Below, in pieces: positions 49,565 through 59,175 of a stretch of 64,000 nt of DNA. A model generated the notes under the pieces. That model was not told the origin of the DNA, did no database searches, and saw only the letters and a list, made by a program, of their open reading frames with translations. Source of the stretch: Diplonema japonicum (Eukaryota; Protista; Euglenozoa: Diplonemea); NCBI GenBank assembly GCA_964019335.1, contig OZ025662.1, forward strand, positions 372,001 to 436,000, read 5' to 3'. The translations under genes and the position numbers were made by a program. Position 1 is the first letter of the stretch; every line of letters starts with the position of its first letter.

Positions 49565-50215
49565 CACCGGGGGAGTTTTCTACATCAACCCCAGGGGGTG
49601 GCACACGGACGCCAAGAAGAACATCGAACCGCCGAAGGAGGGAGAGGACACCACCTCAGGAGAGGAAGAGGAAGAAGAAGAGGAAATGACGCGACCCACG
49701 AGGCGGGGGGCTCATGAAACAGTACGGACAGGAGATCGTCAAATGGCTAGGGCAGCTCAAGTGGTACCGGGGCCCGAGGAGAACAACGGTCACGACAATA
49801 GAGCTTGCGCTGGACTTCGAGAACAGCACAATGAAGTCGCTGGTGGGTGAACGTGGAGACCTGACACTAATAGGTAAAAAGGCGAGACGGCTACATGGCC
49901 TGCTGGTGAGGCTGCAGGAAGGCTGGCAGGACGCGCGGATAAGGAGGAAGGTCAGGGGACACAGAGCCATACCGGCGGAGCAACGGCGGAACCACGGCCT
50001 GAGGACCATAGGGGGGAGAAAGGTCTTGGGCTGGGACAGAAGACCGCTGCACGTCTCGGAACAGACGAAGAAGGACCTCCAGAAACTGAGACAGCAGTGG
50101 CAGAAGGAGCGGGTGAGCGCCATGAGGGAGCGGGCTCAGCCCAAAAAGGAAAGACCGAAGCCGCTGAAGGGAGATAGGGGCAGGTAGAAGAACAAGACAG
50201 GACGTCCCAGATCAG
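49565..50215 (+). mobile_element. Possible 3' fragment of a non-LTR retrotransposon (or other foreign ORF remnant)
   Basis: Purine-rich island between poly-T tracts, with two overlapping frames and atypical codon usage. 'IVKWLGQLKW...VTTIELALDFE' resembles C-terminal regions of protist LINE-like RT proteins (recollection, unverified). Confidence 0.4.
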
Positions 50216-50956
50216 GGATTTCCTTTTACCTCTTTAATTTTTTTTTTTTTTTTTTCCCCTTTTCTCGTGATACCAAACGTGGTTTTGATTTTGTTCGTGT
50301 TTAGAGACCCATTCCCCTTCCAGCTTAGGACGTGCTGTTGCTCTTTATTTTTATTAGAATCATTTGTGCCCCTTTTTTTTTCCTAAAGGTCTTTCCTTGG
50401 GAAAAGGTAGGGAGAGACCGGGCAAGAGAATAATATGGTTTCCTTTCCTTACCCGGCACAAAGAAGACACGTTCACTATCAATTTTTTTTTTTTTTACCC
50501 GTACAGCATCTGAATATAAAAAGAAAGGAGGGTGTTTCACTTAGTGCCCCCCCCCCAAAAAAAATCGAAAATTTACTTATTACTTTGGTTCTAGAAACTG
50601 AGAAAGTGCATTTCTGCCGTTCGGTGTGCACCGCTGGCTTGCATTCTGCCCAGGTGGGTGTTTGCTCTTTATTTGAGAGGGGGGGAATAAAAAGCTCAAA
50701 GGAAAGACAATCCCAGTTGAGGGGGGGCCTTCAAAGATTTTTCAGTGATGTTTGGTAAGTTTCGGTGCTTTTTCTTAGGCATTATTAAGTGAATTACCCC
50801 GCCCGAAAAAAAGAAAAAGAAAAAAAAAAAAAGCTTGTTCTGGAAAAAAAAAATTTTTTTTTTCCCCTTCAGACGTCACTTTTTTGGTTTTTTTCTTCTT
50901 TTTTTTCTGGCCTGGGAAAAAAAAAAAAAAGAAATGTGCTAGTGCGCACACAATAA

Positions 50957-50988
<32 letters not shown>

Positions 50989-51208
50989 ACCAGAGGAATA
51001 AAATATTCCCCCCCGCTTATCCCCCCCTTCTTCTTTCGTTAGTCAGTTCTTTATTTTTTAAAAAAAAAAGAATCCGGTTTTTACTGTTGCTTTTTTTTTT
51101 TTTTTTTTTTTCTTTCTTTCTTCTACTTTTTTTTTTCCCCCTTTTCAATTTCTCTTCATCCTCCACCCCCACACTCAAAGGGAGGAGGGAAAAAAAAAAA
51201 AAAAAAAA

Positions 51209-52208
51209 ATGTTGGTCGCAATAAAACTAGAATTTCAAGGCGCGGCAGCATGCCAAAGAAGACAGTGCGCCTCCTGGATAACGAAGAGAAAAAACGAAAG
51301 GTTCACTAAGCTCGCGAGGGAAGAAGGCTACCGCGCGAGGTCGGCGTACAAACTACTCCAGCTGGACCAGCAGTTCAAACTTTTTGGACAGAAAACAAAA
51401 TGCGTAGTAGACCTGGGGTGTGCACCAGGAAGCTGGCTCCAAGCTGCTTCCGAACGAATGCAAATGACAGAAACAAACAACAAGCACCTCATAGGCATTG
51501 ATCTACAACCTGTGATCCCAGTCCCCGGTGCAATTCTACTACAAGGCGACTTCGCAAGCACTGCGATCCAAAAGCAATTGTACCACACTGTGGGTGGGGT
51601 TGCAGAGGCGATGGATGTACCTAAAATGTCGCGATCCGATTCTTCACGGCTTAGAATGAGGATATGGGAAAGCGAGAACACCCCCATTCGAACAGGGGAC
51701 CTCAGCATGTACCTCCGAGGCAGCAAGTCAGAACTGGTACAGAATCACGTTGAGGAAAGACGAAAGATAGAAGCATTAGAGCCTCTTTCCCTCCCTTGCG
51801 TCGATGGGGTTATGTCAGATATGGCAGCGCACGACTCTAGTATTCCATTCAGCGATGGTTCGGAGCGAGAGGCGCAGGTCCGTCTTGCCGAAAAAGCAAA
51901 GCTGTTCTCGCTTAACGTGCTTCGGAACGATGGGTGGTTCCTCGCCAAGGTGTACACTTGCGAGGCGGCAAACAAGTTGTATCAATCCCTGTCTCTATAC
52001 TTCTCTAAAATTCACATGCTCCGTCCTGAAGCGGTCCAGCAAGACTCCCGTGAAGCCTTCATCCTCGGGCTTGGTTTTATTGGAAGGGAACGGCTTCTCA
52101 CTCACGGTTTCAACGGTCTCGACCGTGACAGCATCTACGCCCTTGGCCCTGGGAGACAGCGTCAAGAGTTTTCAAAAATTCTTGGAATTCGGTACTGTTA
52201 TGGGAATC

Positions 52209-52244
<36 letters not shown>

Positions 52245-52426
52245 GGGATCAAAAAGATACTCAAATCGGGGTTCCCTCGCGGCTTATGAGCCCGAGGCCT
52301 CGCAGGCAGCACTTGTCGCCCGGCAAGGTGCTTCGGAAGCACATCGGGGTTGGGAGGAAGGTAGCCGTCGACCCCAATGTGCACGCACAGTTGATGTTAG
52401 ATGGAAAGGTGCCCAGGACAAGGTGA
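51209..52426 (+). CDS. FtsJ/RrmJ-family rRNA 2'-O-methyltransferase, probably mitochondrial MRM2-like; probable in-frame intron 52192-52245
   Basis: GYRARSAYKL, VVDLGCAPGSW, IGIDL, QGDF, SDMAA, FLAKVY, SREAF: the K-D-K-E tetrad is intact. N-terminal extension is presequence-like. Confidence 0.88.
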
Positions 52427-52576
52427 TGAGGGAAAATAAAAAAATTTAAAAAAAAAAAAAAAAAAAAGGCAGAAGGAAATTGTCATCACCCCCTCCTTTT
52501 TTTTTTTTAAATATACACATAGCCCCCGCTCTAAACACCAACAACAAAAAGAAAAAAAGAGGGGAAAGAAGAAAAG

Positions 52577-52609
<33 letters not shown>

Positions 52610-52614
52610 CCAAG

Positions 52615-54542
52615 ATGATGCAGGATCTGGACCTGGGGGAGGTGGAGGAGAAGGATTGGAAGTGCGCAACCTTCAAGCAGATGGTCGATCTAACTGAGAA
52701 AACGGACGAGGTGATCAAGGCATGGGGTGAGGGCAACGCCGCCAGCTTCAAGGGCAATGCGGCGAAGATCGACGAGGCGGTGACGAACCTCTTGGACCTG
52801 GAGAAGAAGGCGCGACTTGGAGGCGACATGAAGAACACCATGCGTCTGGCGCTTGAGATTCTGAAGCTTCTAGCCACAGTTGAACAGTACAGCAAAGTAG
52901 TGGACTGTGTGGAGTTATTGATGAAGCGTCGTGCGCAAGCAAAGAGCGTGCAAGTAGCGCTGATCAAAACCGCAAAGCACAGCATCGACAGTGCTCCTAA
53001 AGACCAAAGCGTGTCCCTCATCAAGAGGCTCAGAGACATTTGCCAAGGCAAGCTCCACGTGGAACTCGAATTCGCCCAGCTCTCCGTCGAGCTCTCTGTA
53101 TGAAAAAAAGAAGGGGGGAAAAAAAAAGAATTAACCCATAAAGGACCGGAGCTGAATATTCAGCTAAAATTTTTTTTTTAAATTCTGCTAAGGCATTTTT
53201 AGTGCTCTGCATGCCCACTCTTTAAAGAGGGGCCTTATTGCGCGACTTTTTTTATACTGAACGCTATATCGCCTGTAAGTTTTTGCATCCAAACTGCAAG
53301 GAGGGAAAAAAAATAGTGGCACAGACATTGTTTTTTTACACCCCATAAGGAGTAGTGCCGAAAGCACTTCTGAAGAAGGGCCAGTGTCACCGGATGATGG
53401 GGATATCCCGGATATGGAATAGGATGACAAAATCGAGAAGGTGGGGAGGATAGGGCGGCCCTCCAGCAAGGGGCTTGTCCTGTACTTTGAGTTTGTTTTT
53501 CACTCCTGCGGCTCTAAAAGGCTATCGTGGGGTGGGCAGCAAGCCATTCGAGTGGTATAGAGGCTTTTAGATACTTACAGGCTCATAATCAAGACAGATA
53601 TCAAGGTCTACTGGGCACTATGATTGTTTGTACCGGTGCGGGCACCCGGGGGAAAGAGGCAGAGCTGCTCACCGAATATCAGCACCAGAATTACTGGATT
53701 GTCTTTGACAACTGCTTTCGCTTGTCCCATTGTTGATACGGATTTACAATGCGGATTTCCACTGCATGGGGACCATCAGGAAAACCCGGAAATTGCTCCC
53801 AGAATACCCATTCAGCGTCAGCAAGTGGCAAAAAAATCTTGTCGAACAATATTAACGCAAAAGGTGGCACCCACATCAAGTGTTCCCCGCCGGAGCCAAA
53901 GATACCTAACCCTCAGGGTGCACCTTCACGTACCAAGGGTGCACCTTCAATGTGTCCTGAAAAGATGCAAAAGGCATGGAATTGCACTGTGTGCAACAAA
54001 TTAGAGAAAAAAACGCACCCAGACCATGTTCTCGTGCAGAGATTGCAACGTAGCAATGTGCCCTGTGCCCTGTGCCCTGTGCCCTGTGCCCTGTTTCGAA
54101 TTTTTTCACACTAACGACACCTTAAAAAACCACCTGAAAACCTCTTGAAAACCACTTGAAAATAAAAATACGTTTAAATTGGACAAGTCGCATATCTGCG
54201 GCACCTTGTGTTCAAAGAACGGCCATAAGTGGTGAAAAAAAAATAACCAGCCCACCCTGCACGCTGAATAAGCGCTGCTTGCCGAAACCATGGAACCTCC
54301 GGATAGCATGTGCCCTTTGCAAGAGTTGTTTCTCTCAAATGCTGCTCTACCACCAAAATTTGGGTGCGTCTGGGGCTGAAATGCAGGCCGCTTCGCGCTC
54401 CAGAAATGGGGTAGTGAAAATAATATAGGTACACACCCTCTAACTCCACCCTCGCCATTTTATTTTAGTATTTGAACGAAAAGTTCAAAATCGACTTTTT
54501 AGACGAAAAATAGCGGTCCTTTATGGGTTAAAAATCAGAGTG

Positions 54543-54585
<43 letters not shown>

Positions 54586-55709
54586 AGACAATATGGGAAA
54601 ACGAGGGGAAAATAAAAGACTGTGCCGACATCATGCTTGATGTGCAGGTGGAGACAATTGGGAACATGGAGCGAGTAGAGAAGCTGAAAATTCTTCTTCT
54701 TCAGGTTTCTTTTTTTTTTTTTCTCTTTTTGTAGGGGGAAAAAAAAAAATAGATCCGTCTGAACCTCGATGTTAAAGACTATGTGCGCGCGGCCATCATG
54801 GCGAGAAAGACGACTAGCAGGGCTTTGTCAAAGCCAAACAGCCGCCTTATCAAAATAAAGTATTTTAAAACAAAAGAAAAAATAAAAATAAACACCCACT
54901 TAGATATTACGAGCTGATGATTCGGTACTACAAGCACTTTGACAACTACTGGTACCTGGCAAAGTGCTGGATGGAGATCTACCAATCGGTGACGGACGAG
55001 GTGTGTTTTAATTTTTCCAAAAAAAAAAAAAAAAAAAAAAAAAAATCAGGAAACGAAGAAGGACCTCCCCGACCACCCACTGGTGCTGAACCCCGGTAAG
55101 GCGCTCTCCAGCGTTCTGGTGTATTTGATGATGTCGCCTAGCAAGGTTACACGTGATAGGGAGCAAACAGACTGTGCGGCATTCTCGTTGTGGAACAAGG
55201 AAACCGACAGGCTGGCGTTGTTGAAAAAATACGGCGAGGAAAAGCTGGCGGAGCAGATTGCCCTGTACACAGAGGGGTCGGGGAGCTTTTTGCAAAAGGA
55301 GTTGATCAGATGGCCTGAGTTCGTGTCCGTGTACGGAGAGATGCAAAAGACACATGAAATTTTCGCCGAAAAAGAAACTTGCTGGCAAGACCTTCGACAG
55401 CGTGTCACCGAGCACAATGTGCGCGTTATTGAGAGCCATTACAACAGGATTTCCATTGCCCGCCTTGCAGCTCTTATTGACCTCACCCCCTCTGAAACAG
55501 AAGATGCGGTTTGCAAAATGGTCACCGACGGGGACGTGTGGGCACGTTGCGATCGAATTGACGGGATTGTCACATTCAAGAAAAACAAAAGTTCAACTGA
55601 AGTCATGCACGACATGAAGGTTGGTGTGGACCACATTCTGTCCCAGGTCACGTCGGCCTGCCATCTCATCCAAAAGGAGTACATGATGCACGGCATCAAG
55701 ATGCGTTAG
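52615..55709 (+). CDS. RPN5: 26S proteasome lid subunit RPN5/PSMD12; exons 52615-53097, 54588-54704, 54753-54859, 54904-55000, 55050-55709
   Basis: 'LLDLEKKARLGGD', 'LLMKRRAQAK', 'GKLHVELEFAQL', 'VQVETIGNM', 'KYYELMIRY', PCI domain 'LRQRVTEHNVRVIESHYNRISIARLAALIDL...ARCDRIDGIVTF', 'HLIQKEYMMH'. Four GT-AG introns keep the frame. Confidence 0.96.
53135..54527 (+). mobile_element. Non-autonomous piggyBac derivative, copy 2 (1,393 bp), in RPN5 intron 1
   Basis: TTAA at 53131-53134 and 54528-54531; same 14-bp TIR; inverted relative to copy 1. Retains 'LLTEYQHQNYWIVFDNCF' (catalytic DN.F-like) and a frameshifted Cys-rich C-terminal domain. Confidence 0.93.
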
Positions 55710-55755
55710 AGGAAGAAGAGAAAAAAAAGGGGGGGGGGTTAAGAGGTTATTCAGT

Positions 55756-55796
<41 letters not shown>

Positions 55797-56358
55797 GCAA
55801 CATTTTTTTTTATATTAGATTTTTTTTAAGTACTTTTTCTTCTTCCCTTTCCCCCCACTGAGATTTCTTTTTAGAGGGAAAAAAAAATTTAAATGAAAAA
55901 AAGAAAAGTGTTGTTTTTTTAAAGTTATAACCTATGGGTGGTGGTGTAATTTTGTTGGAAGGAAAAAAAAGAGGGGGGTTTGGGGGGGGGAAGAAATATT
56001 TAAAATAAGGTAAGGGATGGAGTGGGGAGGGGGGTTTTTTTTTCTTTTAATGTTTTTCCACCCCCCCCCACCCCTTACCCCACGCCCCCTAACACCTTTA
56101 AGATTTTTTCACCCTCCCCCCAGAGGGTTCTAAAAAAGAGAAAATAAAAGGAAGAAGAAAAAATAGAAGAAGGAAAAAAGAGTTTTTAATTTTACCCCCT
56201 CTTTTTCTTCTCTCTCCTTATTAAAAAGAATAAATATAAAACTTCTTTTTCTTTCTTTTTTATTTTCCCGCTTTTGTTATTATTTTTTTGCGTTGTCAAA
56301 TCCCATTTTACTATCTTTCGATCACAGTTTAAAAAAAAAAAAAACAAAAAAAAAAAAA

Positions 56359-56700
56359 ATGGCCGACGCCCTTTTCGCGAAGATGTCCGCAGCCCTCGGG
56401 ACCCCTGCTGGTCAGGCTGCGGCGAAGAAGATCAACGAGGTGATCACGTACGAGTTCCCCGACACCGGTGTGTCGTACGTGATGGACCTGAAGGCGGGGA
56501 AGGCGTACAAGGGGAAGCACGACGACCCCGCGTGCACCTTCAAGATGGACGAGAAGGTGTTCATTGAGCTTTCGGGGGGCAAGGCGGACCCCATGGGCCT
56601 CTTCATGGAGGGGAAGATCGAGCTCGACGGGGACACCGACATCGCCATGAAGATCGGCAAGGTCCTCAAGACCCTCGAGAAGGAGATCGCCTCTGCATAG
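56359..56700 (+). CDS. Stand-alone SCP2 domain protein, copy 2 (113 aa)
   Basis: Near-identical to 46902-47243; protein differences are E3D and the C-terminus (IASA vs IQMA). Confidence 0.92.
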   Translation: MADALFAKMSAALGTPAGQAAAKKINEVITYEFPDTGVSYVMDLKAGKAYKGKHDDPACTFKMDEKVFIELSGGKADPMGLFMEGKIELDGDTDIAMKIGKVLKTLEKEIASA

Positions 56701-57069
56701 GCTTCGCGAAGAAGGGGAGGGAGAGAAAGAAAGAAAAAGAGAAAAAAAAAAAAAAAAAAAAACTAATTGAAGAGAGTATCACAACCCGCATTAATTTTTT
56801 TTTTTATGTGGAAATATTTTCATTGTTTCGTTGTGAATAAAATAGTCTTTTTTTTTTTTTTTTTTTTGTTGCACCACAACAAAAAAGAAAAAAAGGGGGA
56901 GAGAAAAAAAAAAAAAGAGTTGAGGAGGAAGTTTTGAAAGTTTTCCGACGCCGCGACTTGCGGCTCATAATGGAGAGTACTTTTTTTATTTTATTTTTAA
57001 AAATCCTTGAAATAACCATCTCGTTAAGAAAAAAGCTGGGGGGGGGGGGGGGGGGAGGGGGAGGGGGGG

Positions 57070-57519
57070 ATGCAACAAAACACTACAAAGTACGTCGCAC
57101 GCGACCCCGACAGCAGTGGAAGTGAGGAGGACAGTGACGAGGACCTTAAGCAAGATGCAAAAAAGAAACAGTTAGATCCCTTCCCGATCTTCATGCCAGA
57201 GACGCCTGGTAAAAAGAAGAAGAAGAGGATATACGGGAAGGGTCCTGTGGTCCCAGCAGGGATGAACATAGTTGTTGGCACTACACACCCGGTGAGGGAG
57301 GTCCAGCAAGAGGACACAAGGTTACGCCCGTGGAGGGGAAACAACTGGGGCCGCAAGCACAGGTGCATGTCGAAGTTTGTCCCTTTGGAGCACACAGTGT
57401 GGCACTCCGACACCCGCCCTCCACTTTTCGATAGCTGGCGGCCCACTTCCATCGTTGCTTATAAGGCCGTGAAGCGAAAGCCCCCGCCTTACAGGAGCAA
57501 GCTTCCGTCCATTTCTTAG
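57070..57519 (+). CDS. Hypothetical protein (149 aa)
   Basis: ATG-initiated ORF with coding-like composition between homopolymer-rich spacers; no family recognised. Confidence 0.6.
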   Translation: MQQNTTKYVARDPDSSGSEEDSDEDLKQDAKKKQLDPFPIFMPETPGKKKKKRIYGKGPVVPAGMNIVVGTTHPVREVQQEDTRLRPWRGNNWGRKHRCMSKFVPLEHTVWHSDTRPPLFDSWRPTSIVAYKAVKRKPPPYRSKLPSIS

Positions 57520-57681
57520 GTTTGAAGGCCACTACTTACCCCCTCCTCCTTACGTAGCAGCGGTATTTTCTTCTTTCCAGAAGAATTCTTTTTTTTTTTC
57601 CCTCTCGTTTCGTCTGACTTTGGTCTCCTTTTTTTATCTTTTCCCCCATTGTGCGGCAACGACGTCTTTTCCGGTTGTCTG

Positions 57682-57720
<39 letters not shown>

Positions 57721-57977
57721 CATTGGCACCTTGGCCAGTTCTACTTTTTATTTATTTATTTGTTAAGGGTGGTATCTGCCCTTAAACATCTCCTTTTGTC
57801 ATGTTTTTTTTTTTCCCCCGTTCGTGTGTGGTTTTCTGTATGGCACGTTTTTCTTTTGGGGCCCTTTCTTCGTGAAAGCATTTCCCACAACAACAGGAAC
57901 AAAGGGCAGAGGGGGGGGGGGGGGGGGGGGGAGCGCCCGCTTTCATCTTTGATCAAAAAAAAAAAGGAGAGGGGAAA

Positions 57978-59051
57978 ATGATCAAAACCACGCAGAAGTT
58001 GCTGTACAAAGTGTATGGAGGAAAGGTATGCAATGCTTATTACAGGGGAAGAAAAAAAAATGAGGGGGAAAAAAAAAATAGTTGTTTATGGACATGAATG
58101 TGTGGAGCACGCTAGAGCCGCACGCGGAGAAGTTTAAGGTTTGAACGAGGGCAACGGGGCAAAAAAAAAAAAAAAAAAAAAAAAAATCTACAGTTTGAGA
58201 ATATCCCCGTGGACCCCAACGTAACGGGATTGGTGCTTCCTTTGGAGATTGGGGGTAAAATTGCTTCGGGGAATTGGATGACGACAGAGCTTAAAAGGCT
58301 TGAACCTATAGAAACGCTTACAAAAAGCCAGCTGGCGGACCTTGGGAACAGGTTTGGATGGCACTGCAGCAGCACGATGGGCAAGGGCCAGCTGCTGAAC
58401 GGCGTGCGACGCGCAGCGCGACTGGAAAACAACAAGAAACCGTCTGTTAAGGGCAACATCCTCAAAGAGGTGTTTAAATCATGGCCGCGGCTGTACCACC
58501 AACGAGAGTTTGAACGACCATACCTGACAAAAAGGATCCAGGTCCTAGAGCTCGGCCCCTTTGAAGTACTGCTTGGCGGTTTGGAACGACCATTGGTCAC
58601 CAACATACAGTTCTCATCTGAAATGCCTCTCACTAAGGACGGCGCACCCGACATCAGGATAGGTGTGGACGTTGCGAGGAGAAGTCATTATCTCCTCCCC
58701 GAGCTTGCCTCCAAGGGCCTTCTTGGGAGTCTTTATGGTGTCGACGATCTCGACCTGAGCCGTGTTGCCCCGTACGGAGCAACCCCCTCTGCATCTCCCG
58801 GCAAGGTCCGCCACGGGACCACCAGGCTCTACCACGATGACAAGGTGCGCCCCCACTGGGCCGTAATCAACGGTGACGTGAAATCGCACCCCAGGACACC
58901 CCTCTCCATCAAGCCCACGCCCCTCATCGAACGGCAATGGGCAGAGAGAAAGGAAGATTACACCGGCGAGGGTGCCGCGCCCACCACCACACCTACCTCC
59001 GACTCCGCCTCCAAAAAATCCAAAAAAAAATGGGAGGGATGGAACATGTAA
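57978..59051 (+). CDS. Hypothetical protein, possibly mitochondrial; exons 57978-58025, 58082-58138, 58194-59051
   Basis: Two phase-0 GT-AG introns join MIKTTQKLLYKVYGGK|LFMDMNVWSTLEPHAEKFK|FENIPVDP to ORF 58209. Basic N-terminus; a SAP/HeH-like segment 'LTKSQLADLGNRFGW....GKGQLL'. Confidence 0.72.
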
Positions 59052-59175
59052 AACCGAAAAAAAAAACCACCTTTACGACCACAGCCCCCCTCAGTGTCTG
59101 TTTTTTTAAATTATTATTCTGTATTATCTTTTATCATTTTTTAGCCTTTCTTTGCAGCTGGGAGGAGTTGGTGCC

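Noticed and set aside
50535-50795. Possible MITE with TTCACTTA..TGCC ends
   Set aside because: The terminal match is short and gapped, with no TSD and no second copy in the window.
1214-58193. Non-canonical (non-GT-AG) introns of euglenid or marine-diplonemid type, or stop-codon reassignment
   Set aside because: Every frame break in the modelled host genes is resolved by GT-AG introns, and TAA, TAG and TGA all serve as normal stops.
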